A stretch of DNA of 31,026 nucleotides from a virus (IMGVR_UViG_2667527789_000013:1-31026), one strand, 5' to 3'; counted from the stretch's first letter, positions 1 to 7,896 are shown. Notes: generated by a model not told the origin, from the sequence alone. Translations and numbers: made by a program.

Positions 1-516
1 ATGAAATTTAAAAAATGTCTTCTGCCTGTGGCAATGTTAGCGTCATTCACTCTGGCAGGATGCCAGTCAAATGCTGACGATCATGCCGCCGATGTTTATC
101 AAACCGATCAACTGAATACCAAACAAGAAACTAAAACCGTTAATATTATTTCCATTCTTCCCGCAAAAGTTGCCGTAGACAACTCCCAAAATAAACGGAA
201 CGCACAAGCCTTCGGCGCGCTTATTGGCGCAGTCGCTGGCGGTGTTATCGGCCACAACGTCGGTTCTGGCAGCAATTCCGGAACGACGGCAGGGGCAGTT
301 GGCGGCGGAGCTGTAGGCGCGGCAGTGGGTTCTATGGTGAATGATAAAACCTTAGTGGAAGGTGTTTCTTTAACATATAAGGAAGGCACCAAAGTGTATA
401 CCTCTACCCAGGTGGGTAAAGAGTGCCAGTTTACGACAGGTTTAGCCGTTGTTATTACCACAACGTATAACGAAACGCGTATTCAGCCAAATACTAAATG
501 TCCTGAAAAGAGCTAA
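1..516 (+). CDS. Lipoprotein with glycine-zipper region (YcfJ/SlyB-like), probable host flank
   Basis: ATG at position 1; hydrophobic N-terminus with lipobox LAGC; Gly/Ala-rich stretch AGGVIGHNVGSGSNSGTTAGAVGGGAVGAAVGS typical of glycine-zipper envelope lipoproteins. Family assignment from memory. Confidence 0.6.
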   Translation: MKFKKCLLPVAMLASFTLAGCQSNADDHAADVYQTDQLNTKQETKTVNIISILPAKVAVDNSQNKRNAQAFGALIGAVAGGVIGHNVGSGSNSGTTAGAVGGGAVGAAVGSMVNDKTLVEGVSLTYKEGTKVYTSTQVGKECQFTTGLAVVITTTYNETRIQPNTKCPEKS

Positions 517-531
517 TAATCAGGAGGAGTC

Positions 532-1071
532 ATGAAGAAAGTTTTTCTTTGCGCCATCTTGGCCTCCTTAAGCTATCCGGCTATCGCCTCATCATTGCAG
601 GATCAACTCTCTGCTGTAGCAGAAGCTGAACAGCAAGGTAAAAATGAAGAGCAAAGGCAGCATGACGAATGGGTCGCGGAGCGCAACAGGGAAATCCAGC
701 AAGAGAAGCAACGTCGCGCAAATGCCCAGGCCGCCGCTAACAAAAGAGCGGCAACGGCAGCGGCAAATAAGAAAGCTCGTCAGGATAAACTGGACGCCGA
801 AGCCTCTGCGGACAAAAAACGCGATCAAAGTTATGAAGATGAGCTACGCAGCTTAGAGATTCAGAAACAAAAACTGGCGCTGGCAAAAGAAGAAGCCCGC
901 GTTAAGCGAGAAAACGAATTTATCGATCAGGAACTGAAGCACAAAGCTGCGCAAACCGATGTGGTGCAATCTGAAGCTGACGCCAACAGAAATATGACTG
1001 AAGGCGGTCGCGATCTGATGAAAAGCGTGGGCAAAGCAGAAGAGAACAAATCGGACAGCTGGTTTAATTAA
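532..1071 (+). CDS. Secreted low-complexity charged protein (hypothetical)
   Basis: AGGAGG Shine-Dalgarno a few nt upstream of ATG; signal-peptide-like N-terminus MKKVFLCAILASLSYPAIASS; K/E/A/Q/R-rich coiled-coil-like body. Confidence 0.5.
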   Translation: MKKVFLCAILASLSYPAIASSLQDQLSAVAEAEQQGKNEEQRQHDEWVAERNREIQQEKQRRANAQAAANKRAATAAANKKARQDKLDAEASADKKRDQSYEDELRSLEIQKQKLALAKEEARVKRENEFIDQELKHKAAQTDVVQSEADANRNMTEGGRDLMKSVGKAEENKSDSWFN

Positions 1072-1110
1072 TCGATGTTAGTAACTTCAAGCCTATGATT
1101 CTTGAAGATA

Positions 1111-1142
1111 AAAAACCCTCTGTAGTAACAGAGGGTTTTGTT
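1111..1142. terminator. Rho-independent terminator, bidirectional architecture
   Basis: A-run, stem CCCTCTGT (1116-1123) / ACAGAGGG (1128-1135) with 4-nt loop, then TTTTGTT; lies between convergent genes 532..1071(+) and the Rz-like gene(-). Confidence 0.55.
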
Positions 1143-1276
1143 CATTCATAGTGCAGGGATTAAAATCATTCCCACTCAATTATTTACGGATACCATAACC
1201 AATTGAGTGATAACATTTTTCCTAAACTTCATTTTGATCATACCGTTTTATATACCGTCACCGAAAATCAGTACCC

Positions 1277-1765
1277 CTATTTTTGCTTCTTCAATGAGTC
1301 GTATTGCTGCTCGCAGAATTCCCCTGCGATACGATACTTTTCAGCCTCAACTGCTGTTGCGTTGTAAACTCGGTTGCTTTCTTCAAGCATGTCGGCGAGC
1401 ACACTGATGACCTTGCTGGCTGACGTGCCAGAGGGGAAAGATCCGGTATAGTGTTCGGCGAGTCGCTTGGTTTTGTCAAGCTCGGCGCGCATGCTGTCAG
1501 CAACGGTATTAGCATACTCAGCATCAGCACGCGCCGCATCGATACGGGATTGTGCTTCACGTTCAATTTGTGTTTTCTCCTGCTCACGCTGTGACCTGAA
1601 CTTATCATCAGCCTGTTTCTGATCTGCCTGTGCCTTCGCATAACCAGCGTCGAACTGACGGCTGCCGTGTACATTCCAGGCAACAACTCCTGATATGACC
1701 AGAACAACAAGCACCACAATGATAATCAACTGTTTCCAGTATGCTTTTAGGAATACCCAGATCAT
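1277..1765 (-). CDS. Rz-like inner-membrane spanin (i-spanin)
   Basis: N-terminal TM helix followed by charged coiled-coil region (lambda Rz-like architecture); last gene of lysis cassette, overlaps endolysin stop by 4 nt. Confidence 0.7.
   Translation of the reverse strand: MIWVFLKAYWKQLIIIVVLVVLVISGVVAWNVHGSRQFDAGYAKAQADQKQADDKFRSQREQEKTQIEREAQSRIDAARADAEYANTVADSMRAELDKTKRLAEHYTGSFPSGTSASKVISVLADMLEESNRVYNATAVEAEKYRIAGEFCEQQYDSLKKQK
1291..1539 (-). CDS. Rz1-like outer-membrane lipoprotein spanin (o-spanin), embedded in the Rz-like gene in another frame
   Basis: Alternate-frame ORF wholly inside 1277..1765; internal ATG codons at 1539, 1524, 1515 give [17 protein letters not shown] with lipobox LTAC followed by Pro/Ser-rich mature region. 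No clear SD, so start choice is uncertain. Confidence 0.45.
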   Translation of the reverse strand: MRRVLMLSMLIPLLTACAPSLTKPSDSPNTIPDLSPLARQPARSSVCSPTCLKKATEFTTQQQLRLKSIVSQGNSASSNTTH

Positions 1766-2391
1766 ACCATCAGCGCCTTACTGGCAGTGATGTACCGCGC
1801 GCTCCGGTCGTCGATGCCGTTCCTGCCACCATTGATAATCAGAGTTACACGTGCTATATCGCCGGTATACTTCATGCAGCCTTTGCTGGAGAAGAACCAC
1901 GCCGCGCTACGAGCCGCATATTCATCCTGCGCCAGCAGTTCAGGCTGCTTAACTAGATCCACCTTTAATCCGTTGCCACAGTCACGATAGTTATTCAGAC
2001 CGGTAATCTGGATAAGTCCGCGCCCACGATAATTCCAGCCATCGCCGGGAGCATTGTTCCCCATGCGTTTGCTGTACACCAGATTGGCGATCGCTCTCTG
2101 CCGCTCAAGTGGCAATGGTGGTTCACCAGCACGGCGACCCAGTGCATTAGCCTGCCACTGAGTGAGACGACCAGCCCGAACAAAGTTAGCCAGTCCGGTG
2201 ACGCTGTAGTTGAAATTCTCCTGCAACCTGGTGAAGCCCCCAGACTCATGCCCGACCTGAGCAATAAACATTGCCTGATCTTCGGGTTTGCTGATTCCAA
2301 ACTCTTTCATCGCAGAAGTTATATGCGAGAACCAGCGTACGGCCAGAGCCTCGCTGATACCAGTTGCGCGCCGGAATTGTTTAATCTCCAT
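1762..2391 (-). CDS. Endolysin, glycoside hydrolase family 19 (chitinase-like) type
   Basis: 209 aa; motifs [25 protein letters not shown] characteristic of GH19 phage endolysins; no N-terminal TM/SAR segment; sits between holin-like genes and Rz. Confidence 0.75.
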   Translation of the reverse strand: MEIKQFRRATGISEALAVRWFSHITSAMKEFGISKPEDQAMFIAQVGHESGGFTRLQENFNYSVTGLANFVRAGRLTQWQANALGRRAGEPPLPLERQRAIANLVYSKRMGNNAPGDGWNYRGRGLIQITGLNNYRDCGNGLKVDLVKQPELLAQDEYAARSAAWFFSSKGCMKYTGDIARVTLIINGGRNGIDDRSARYITASKALMV

Positions 2392-2689
2392 CTTTAGACC
2401 TCGTTATTTTGAAAATCTGAACGACGTTACCGCGAGTTTTAAAAACCGCAGCAAACATGACGGCGTTGATAATGAGCTCTGATAAATCCACAACCATTGG
2501 TATGTGATACCAGATTGCATATACTGCGCGGACAGGGATGCTGGCTGACGCCACAATAAGGAAGTAGGCTAGCCACCCACCCCACCTCCGGTGTTGAGAT
2601 CCATTACGCTGGAAGGTTACGATGCGTATTGCTATTGCAGAACAGATAAGCGCATTAGCAATGAGTAAAAGCAGCTCATGAGTTGTCAT
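2381..2689 (-). CDS. Small membrane protein of lysis cassette (holin/antiholin-like)
   Basis: ATG at 2689 (MTTHELL...) preceded by GGGGAG SD; 2-3 predicted TM helices; overlaps holin stop by 14 nt and endolysin start by 11 nt. Track ORF 2381..2785 has a longer N-terminus I consider less likely. Confidence 0.45.
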   Translation of the reverse strand: MTTHELLLLIANALICSAIAIRIVTFQRNGSQHRRWGGWLAYFLIVASASIPVRAVYAIWYHIPMVVDLSELIINAVMFAAVFKTRGNVVQIFKITRSKDGD

Positions 2690-3080
2690 CGTCTTTTCTC
2701 CCCGGTATAAAATCGCGTGGATTGTCTGAACGATGATAGAGCCAGATACCAATACGTACTGCGACAATTGCCGACACGAACGCACCAGCAGAGAAGACGA
2801 CCCCTTTCTCGAATGAATCCTGCGTGATAGTTGGGATCAGGCTGGCTATGCCGATAAGAATTGATGCAGTTGGTTTGTAAAAGAGAAGGCCGCAGAGGAA
2901 GCTGAGCATCGACAGCAGAACCCGTCGATGAACAGGATATTCTATGGCCGAGGTAACAAAAATTACCGCCCCAGCCAAAGCCCCCAAAGCCACCTCAGGA
3001 GGAACTCCAGCAATGACTGCTACAAGAGATCCCATACTAAGCCACTGATTTAAAGAACCACTTGTTGGATGAGTTAACAT
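2676..3080 (-). CDS. Holin-like membrane protein
   Basis: 134 aa with about three hydrophobic TM segments and a charged C-terminus ([18 protein letters not shown]); first gene of lysis cassette just downstream of tailspike; second in-frame Met at residue 16 suggests a possible dual-start motif. Confidence 0.55.
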   Translation of the reverse strand: MLTHPTSGSLNQWLSMGSLVAVIAGVPPEVALGALAGAVIFVTSAIEYPVHRRVLLSMLSFLCGLLFYKPTASILIGIASLIPTITQDSFEKGVVFSAGAFVSAIVAVRIGIWLYHRSDNPRDFIPGRKDDDNS

Positions 3081-3105
3081 ACATAAACCATATATAAATA
3101 AAAAT

Positions 3106-3128
3106 AACTTCTATTTTCAAAAGAAGTT
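3106..3128 (-). terminator. Weak AT-rich hairpin overlapping tailspike stop (possible partial terminator)
   Basis: Inverted repeat AACTTCT / AGAAGTT with 9-nt loop; on the minus strand followed by a T-rich tract; stem is AT-rich so probably leaky. Confidence 0.25.
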
Positions 3129-5259
3129 AAGTGCGATTTACGCGAGAAATCTCATTCCAGAATCCTCCAGCGTAGATTAATTCGATAGTGTCAAAAGCAC
3201 CTAACATAAAATCACCATTGATACGCAGATTTCCTGTCTGATTCTTCAACGTTATGTTATCAGTTGATGTATTACGTATGAGAATGACCCTCATGCCTTC
3301 ATTACCACCATTGATAGTCGATAACTCCTGTGTACCACCAGATAATTTATGAAAGTTTCTGGTAACTGTAATTTCGCCACCAGATACAGTGACCACAGTA
3401 TAAGATGAGTTAGCGATAATACCTTTATCATCAACTGATAATTTAATGTCATTATCTTTCATTACATGGAAATTTCCTGTATTGTCCCGACGAAGAATAA
3501 TACCACTAGTGGTAATTTTTGGATTATCTGTTAGCTGAATATTGGTTTGATTTTTACTTCCAGTAAAGCGTCCACCAACTTTTCCTTTCCAAAACTCCAA
3601 TCCATAGCCAGCATTACTACCAGAGACAATCACGGTTGATTCTGTAGCAGTTTCCAGTAAAGCACCTGAAATACGAATCTGGTCTGAATTAAATCTGCAT
3701 CCAAAGAAACCTATATCACCTGTATTACTGGTTCCAATTTGTTTTTTAATACCCCCAGCTTGTTGGCTACCTGCTTGTGTTGCATTCTCAAACACCACAC
3801 CAAAATACTGAACGGCTCCACATCTGTCATATTTTACAGGAACATCCAGCTTAGTCGCTAACCAGGTTCCGTGAAAAGAAATACCGTTTCTGGATCCTTT
3901 TCCTGAAGCTGAAGGAATATCAATAAAAAGGGCATGCTCCCCCCATTGTTCAACACCTTTTTCGGTATTACGACTATGATGATCATTGCCAAAAATAGCG
4001 CCTCCGTGCATATTGAATGCACTGTTAGTTCCTGTTTGATCACCAATAATAGCCAGGCCAATATTACCCATTGTACGTGTATTGATAATTGTACAACCAT
4101 CGGGATCCTGCCCCATGTGTACAATTCCAGATTTTTTAAAGTAGCCACCTACAGTAACATTCACCGGCCCTGACAAATCAGTATTGTCAAGTATCAACCC
4201 AACATCATAATCAGCAGAATTATCATTATTAGGTTGAGTTATATTCCCATGTTGATCTTTAAAGTCAAAATCACAAACGACAGAAAAATCCCCACCAAAT
4301 GCAGTAAGCCCTTTATCTTTTCGACCTACATTACGGATGCAGTAACGCATCGATGAGAATTTATCGCTTCTACCTGTAGTAAATACCTTGCTACCAGTAC
4401 CTTTGAATAAAAGGCAAGTTCCAGGCAATTTGTGCTTATTTCCTGGAACCATATAAACTTTATCATCGTTTAGTGGAAATACACCTATTTTTGCCGCACC
4501 AACACCAGTCCACTCGCACGTTTTATCAATCCCATCAGTACAAACGTAAACACCTCTTGGGAAATGTAATGTGGCACCAATTGATGTGGCTGTATCATTT
4601 GCCAGCTGAATATATGGGGTATCATCACTAAAACCATCCCCCTTCGCCCCAAAATCGCGAACACTGACGGTATCCCGCATCTTATCCTGGAACGTTCGGT
4701 ATACTGCCCCAGAACCATACTGAATAAACCAGCCAAAACCACCAACAACCCCGGCGATTGCAGCATCGACATAATTACGCATTGAGCGATTATTTACAGC
4801 GTCCTGCTCAAGTGATGGCTCTGCAAGGTTAGATATTCTGTTTTGCTTTGCATCGTAATACCTGGCAAGCAACGAAGGTTTTATGAGCGCTCGCCTGAAC
4901 CATCCGATACATTGCTGAATAAGCATGGTCAGATAGTCAAGTGCATCCTCGTGGACCTCTGGAAAAAACTTCCCCTGATTACGAAGGTCTGTCTCCTGCA
5001 CTACATCAAGTACACGGTTTATAGTGATTCTCCAGCCATCAGCAAGCGGAGATGGCAGAACCACAGAACCGCCACTATAACTACCTGCACCAGTTACCGT
5101 ATAACCAGTATCCAGTACCAGAATTGTTACATTCCCGTTTATGTCCGATACCTGAACCACAAGGTCTGAATTTCTGAAAATTCGAAACCTGTACGGGAAT
5201 GATGTCGTAACCCCGTTACCAGTGTATTCATTGTGGTCAACTTCGGTTGAGACTGTCAT
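3127..5259 (-). CDS. Tailspike protein (T7-gp17-like N-terminal adaptor + beta-helix receptor-binding/depolymerase body)
   Basis: 710 aa; N-terminus NEYTGNGVTTSFPYRFRIF matches the conserved tail-fibre/tailspike N-terminal adaptor motif of T7-supergroup podoviruses; remainder is Gly/Asn/Thr-rich repeat-like with DFGAKGDG, typical of pectate-lyase-fold tailspikes; GGAG SD before ATG at 5259. Confidence 0.8.
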   Translation of the reverse strand: MTVSTEVDHNEYTGNGVTTSFPYRFRIFRNSDLVVQVSDINGNVTILVLDTGYTVTGAGSYSGGSVVLPSPLADGWRITINRVLDVVQETDLRNQGKFFPEVHEDALDYLTMLIQQCIGWFRRALIKPSLLARYYDAKQNRISNLAEPSLEQDAVNNRSMRNYVDAAIAGVVGGFGWFIQYGSGAVYRTFQDKMRDTVSVRDFGAKGDGFSDDTPYIQLANDTATSIGATLHFPRGVYVCTDGIDKTCEWTGVGAAKIGVFPLNDDKVYMVPGNKHKLPGTCLLFKGTGSKVFTTGRSDKFSSMRYCIRNVGRKDKGLTAFGGDFSVVCDFDFKDQHGNITQPNNDNSADYDVGLILDNTDLSGPVNVTVGGYFKKSGIVHMGQDPDGCTIINTRTMGNIGLAIIGDQTGTNSAFNMHGGAIFGNDHHSRNTEKGVEQWGEHALFIDIPSASGKGSRNGISFHGTWLATKLDVPVKYDRCGAVQYFGVVFENATQAGSQQAGGIKKQIGTSNTGDIGFFGCRFNSDQIRISGALLETATESTVIVSGSNAGYGLEFWKGKVGGRFTGSKNQTNIQLTDNPKITTSGIILRRDNTGNFHVMKDNDIKLSVDDKGIIANSSYTVVTVSGGEITVTRNFHKLSGGTQELSTINGGNEGMRVILIRNTSTDNITLKNQTGNLRINGDFMLGAFDTIELIYAGGFWNEISRVNRT

Positions 5260-5362
5260 GTTAAATCTCCAGATAGTCGCAGCACCTGTTGCGCCGCATA
5301 TCTGGTTATAGTATTACCATAAAAACCATATATGAATAAAAATAATATAAAAACAAAAATCT

Positions 5363-5379
5363 ATTACCTTTTGGGTAAT
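5363..5379. promoter_or_regulatory. Operator-like palindrome ATTACC-TTTTG-GGTAAT (site A)
   Basis: Perfect 6-bp inverted half-sites separated by 5 nt; one of six similar intergenic sites; in the divergent region between tailspike and the 5455 gene. Confidence 0.4.
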
Positions 5380-5415
5380 TTTAAAAACCTAGTAGATAGA
5401 AAAAACATAATTTGT

Positions 5416-5435
5416 TACTGTATAAATACACAGCT
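5416..5435 (+). promoter_or_regulatory. LexA (SOS) box candidate overlapping a -10-like element
   Basis: TACTGTATAAATACACAGCT fits CTGT-N8-ACAG (consensus TACTGTATATATATACAGTA); contains TATAAA; 20 nt upstream of ATG 5455 and its GGAGAAG SD. Confidence 0.5.
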
Positions 5436-5454
5436 ATCACATGGAGAAGATAAG

Positions 5455-5712
5455 ATGCAGCAGTATCACTATCCACTGAAAGACGGATTTACGGAAAGAA
5501 TTCATACTCCGGAAGGCGTCAGATCACTGGTGGAGGGATCGCACCTGATGGCATTACTCCGGGAGCTTGATAAAGATGGTTTTAATGTCGATGGCCCACT
5601 TGCCGAACTGACTGCACTGATTAACTACGTCACCAGCTCACAGATGTCTATGCAGGATCTGCAAACACATCTCGACTATTGTACCGAACAATTACGAAAA
5701 CAAACTACATAA
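5455..5712 (+). CDS. Small protein homologous to the C-terminal domain of the Bro-N antirepressor-like protein at 6860..7570 (putative SOS-inducible antirepressor-type factor)
   Basis: 85 aa from ATG 5455 (track ORF 5332..5712 extends upstream through the AT-rich promoter region); by-eye alignment to the last ~80 aa of 6860..7570 shares PLK, G, IH.P.GV, S.LM.LL, DG, AELT, QTH, Y (roughly one third identical). Confidence 0.55.
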   Translation: MQQYHYPLKDGFTERIHTPEGVRSLVEGSHLMALLRELDKDGFNVDGPLAELTALINYVTSSQMSMQDLQTHLDYCTEQLRKQTT

Positions 5713-5734
5713 AGAAAAGGCCGCAAGAGCGGCC
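5705..5734. terminator. Bidirectional rho-independent terminator between convergent genes
   Basis: Stem GGCCGC / GCGGCC with AAGA loop (5719-5734); T-run on the minus strand side (TTTTCTTT) and weaker T-rich tract on the plus side; overlaps stop of the minus-strand gene. Confidence 0.5.
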
Positions 5735-6462
5735 TATCGTTTCGCTTTGTGATCGTCCCAGCACGTTTTGCACCATGCCATTAAACCATCCGCATTTTGA
5801 TTATTAGGATAAAAGCTGGTTCGTTTTCTGCGGACATTACAAATTGGGCACCACTTCATATGACGTGTATTCTTTGGGCCATCAAGACACCTTGCACACC
5901 ACTTAGTCAATCCATCTGGATTTTTTGACGATTTCCGGAATTTTTCATATGGAAGGTTTATTCTGCATCGCAAACACTGCTTGCGGCCACTTGAAACTCT
6001 GTTAGCTGATTCTTCTTTTGACGGCGATACAGAAGGTATTCTTGCTGGCTCTGATACTGCCTGAGGTGCTTTTTTAGGTGACTGAGACGATATGTCATCA
6101 CCAGGAAATCTTCCATGATATGCCGGACGTGTTGACACTCCAGGTGGAAGCTCTGCTGCAAATGGCTTTGGCTGAATCAGTTGCCTCTCTTTTGCTAACT
6201 CCTGCTGTTTATAATATGTCTGGATTACCGCACTATCATAAGCAGGAGGTACGGAAATATTAGGCGCATTACCTCCCGTTTTTTGAAACTGAGTAGAGGT
6301 GTGTTCTATCACCTGTGTACGATTAATCGTTATCTCCCCATCTTCGGTCTTTATCGTTTTGTTATGATTAACGACCGTACGATCAGAGATCTTAGTCTTG
6401 TTCTGGTGAAGGACATAAATAATCACCGCAACCACACCAACAACTATCCAGAAAACTTCCAT
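5734..6462 (-). CDS. Membrane-anchored protein with tandem C-terminal zinc-ribbon-like repeats
   Basis: 242 aa; N-terminal TM helix (FWIVVGVVAVIIYVL) then KTK; long Pro/Ser/Gln-rich linker; two repeats of C-x2-C-x(20-25)-DGL-x2-WC-x2-C (CLRC...WCARC and CPIC...WCKTC); GAGGA SD upstream of ATG 6462. Confidence 0.6.
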   Translation of the reverse strand: MEVFWIVVGVVAVIIYVLHQNKTKISDRTVVNHNKTIKTEDGEITINRTQVIEHTSTQFQKTGGNAPNISVPPAYDSAVIQTYYKQQELAKERQLIQPKPFAAELPPGVSTRPAYHGRFPGDDISSQSPKKAPQAVSEPARIPSVSPSKEESANRVSSGRKQCLRCRINLPYEKFRKSSKNPDGLTKWCARCLDGPKNTRHMKWCPICNVRRKRTSFYPNNQNADGLMAWCKTCWDDHKAKR

Positions 6463-6481
6463 TGCTTTTCCTCACAATAAC

Positions 6482-6498
6482 ATTACCTTAAAGGTAAT
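6482..6498. promoter_or_regulatory. Operator-like palindrome ATTACC-TTAAA-GGTAAT (site B) overlapping putative promoter of the 5734..6462 gene
   Basis: Perfect half-sites; read on the minus strand this gives TTGATC-N16/17-TACCTT, with the -10-like element inside the palindrome, about 20-36 nt upstream of the ATG at 6462. Confidence 0.4.
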
Positions 6499-6574
6499 AT
6501 CTTGCTTTCAGGTGATCAAGCGTTAAACGTAACAAACCAAATGCGGTTGATTTTGATATCTCTCCGCGTTTATC

Positions 6575-6591
6575 ATTACCTTTGCGGTAAA
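6575..6591. promoter_or_regulatory. Operator-like palindrome ATTACC-TTTGC-GGTAAA (site C)
   Basis: Same half-site motif with one mismatch in the right half; lies just upstream of the structured RNA element and about 270 nt upstream of the Bro-N gene. Confidence 0.35.
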
Positions 6592-6625
6592 TTTACATCG
6601 CACTCCTCTTGTGCCATAGTAATCG

Positions 6626-6703
6626 GGCACTGGCAAAATCCAGTGCCGGGATTGGCGTCCCGAGTTACTAAGTGGCGCATACCACGCCAGACGTGGTTTT
6701 TTT
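6626..6703 (+). ncRNA. Candidate small structured RNA or transcription attenuator ending in an intrinsic terminator
   Basis: Perfect 8-bp stem GGCACTGG / CCAGTGCC with 6-nt loop (6626-6647), then terminator stem CCACG / CGTGG followed by seven T (6682-6703); no ORF with SD in this stretch; promoter not identified. Confidence 0.3.
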
Positions 6704-6859
6704 ATGCGTTAAGCACAGCTATATCCGAATTATGGTGGGCTGGGCAGGGGTCCGAAAGGACGCCGGTACCACTTAGGCCGGTACGCCAACCTTGTCCAGT
6801 TCACCACCAGTAATTGGCGTTGCGGTGGTGATTAAAATCACTAAGTGGAGATAACCACC

Positions 6860-7570
6860 ATGGCTAATGCTCAAACTGCCATCTTCAAATTTGAATCTGT
6901 TAACCCTATCCGTTCCATCATTATCGATGGCCAACCATGGTTTGTAGCCCAAGACGTTTGTAGTGCGCTGCGTATCCAAAACGTCACCCAATCACTTGAA
7001 AAACTGGATGATGATGAAAGGTCTATGTTCAACATAGGGCATGAACATCGTGCAATTTTTGACAGCCGAGTAAAAGAGATCAACATCATCTCCGAGTCAG
7101 GCCTCTACACACTGATCCTCCGCTGCCGCGACGCAGTGACACCAGGCACTATACCCTACCGCTTTCGTAAATGGGTTACAGGTGAGGTTCTTCCTCAGAT
7201 CCGCCGCACAGGAAGTTACATTAAAAACTCGCTCCCGCAGAAAGAACGCATAAAGATGGTTGCCGACCAGGTAGCCAACGCCACGGCGTCAGCAGTAATG
7301 CAGGCGATGAAGATAGAGAACAAAACCTACAGTGCCCCACTGAAGCCCGGCTACCGCAGCCTGATTCACTCGCCGTCTGGTGTTCTCGGCCTGACGGAAA
7401 ACTCACTGCTGATGAATCTGCTTAACCAGTTGCAGGACGACGGGCACGACGTATCGGGCGCGGCGGCGGAGCTGACCACCATGTTCTGCTACATCGTCGG
7501 TGTGAGCAAGTGCCTGCGTGATATCCAGACGCACGCGGAGTACATCAACGACAAGGCAGGGTTCTTCTGA
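6860..7570 (+). CDS. Bro-N domain antirepressor-like protein (Ant/KilA-type)
   Basis: ATG 6860 with GGAG SD 9 nt upstream (track ORF starts at GTG 6845); N-terminus ...FESVNPIRSIIIDGQPWFVAQDVCSALRIQNV...LDDDE matches the Bro-N motif; C-terminal ~80 aa paralogous to the 5455..5712 product. Confidence 0.7.
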   Translation: MANAQTAIFKFESVNPIRSIIIDGQPWFVAQDVCSALRIQNVTQSLEKLDDDERSMFNIGHEHRAIFDSRVKEINIISESGLYTLILRCRDAVTPGTIPYRFRKWVTGEVLPQIRRTGSYIKNSLPQKERIKMVADQVANATASAVMQAMKIENKTYSAPLKPGYRSLIHSPSGVLGLTENSLLMNLLNQLQDDGHDVSGAAAELTTMFCYIVGVSKCLRDIQTHAEYINDKAGFF

Positions 7571-7613
7571 CGGCGGCGGCACAGGGATGTGCCTTTAAAT
7601 AATTCTGTACAGA

Positions 7614-7642
7614 TTGCAGACTGTGGGTGAATAGCGTACTAT
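7614..7642 (+). promoter_or_regulatory. Sigma70-like promoter TTGCAG-N17-TACTAT for the two-gene cassette
   Basis: -35 TTGCAG (7614-7619), 17-nt spacer, -10 TACTAT (7637-7642); about 75 nt upstream of the small ORF SD. Confidence 0.4.
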
Positions 7643-7657
7643 TACCTCAAGGGTAAA
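7641..7657. promoter_or_regulatory. Operator-like palindrome ATTACC-TCAAG-GGTAAA (site F) abutting the -10 element
   Basis: Half-site motif begins within the last 2 nt of TACTAT; followed by a second inverted repeat ACGGATT ... AATCCGT (7657-7685) in the leader. Confidence 0.4.
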
Positions 7658-7716
7658 CGGATTGGTTTCATTTTTATTAATCCGTGTAATGAACTTATGA
7701 GATATGAGGTAATGTC

Positions 7717-7896
7717 ATGCGAAACGAAAAATTGCAGATGCGTAGAGCGCAAGCTGCCGCAAGACGTTCTTTCAATGGAAGCGTAGAGTACGTAAAAGTT
7801 ACTATGACAAAAGATCACGCAAGTCGCGTATCCCGCGCTTTCTTTGATTCTCGTAACAATAAGGAAAATTATGAGTTCGTCTGCGTCGCAGAATGA
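7717..7896 (+). CDS. Small basic ORF (59 aa), candidate antitoxin/regulator of the downstream gene
   Basis: ATG 7717 with GAGG SD 7 nt upstream; product MRNEKLQMRRAQAAARRSFNGSVEYVKVTMTKDHASRVSRAFFDSRNNKENYEFVCVAE; its 3' end overlaps the downstream ATG by 26 nt; below the size cut-off of the supplied ORF track. Confidence 0.35.
   Translation: MRNEKLQMRRAQAAARRSFNGSVEYVKVTMTKDHASRVSRAFFDSRNNKENYEFVCVAE

Noticed and set aside
67-461. Minus-strand ORFs 67..255 and 108..461
   Set aside because: Antisense to the lipoprotein gene; Gly/Ala codons on the sense strand generate Pro/Ala-rich antisense frames.
3858-5169. ORFs 3858..4148, 3934..4173, 4485..4772 and 4843..5169 inside the tailspike gene
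   Set aside because: Nested in alternate or antisense frames of a well-supported 710-aa gene, with no independent translation signals.
6283-6813. Plus-strand ORFs 6283..6480 and 6502..6813
   Set aside because: The first is antisense to the 5' end of the membrane zinc-ribbon gene; the second spans the hairpin/terminator region without an SD and with a low-complexity product; the region is better explained as regulatory RNA.
7570-7640. Second LexA box upstream of the two-gene cassette (CTGTACAGATTGCAG)
   Set aside because: Spacing is CTG-N9-CAG rather than CTG-N10-CAG and the second half-site is not ACAG; does not fit the LexA consensus.
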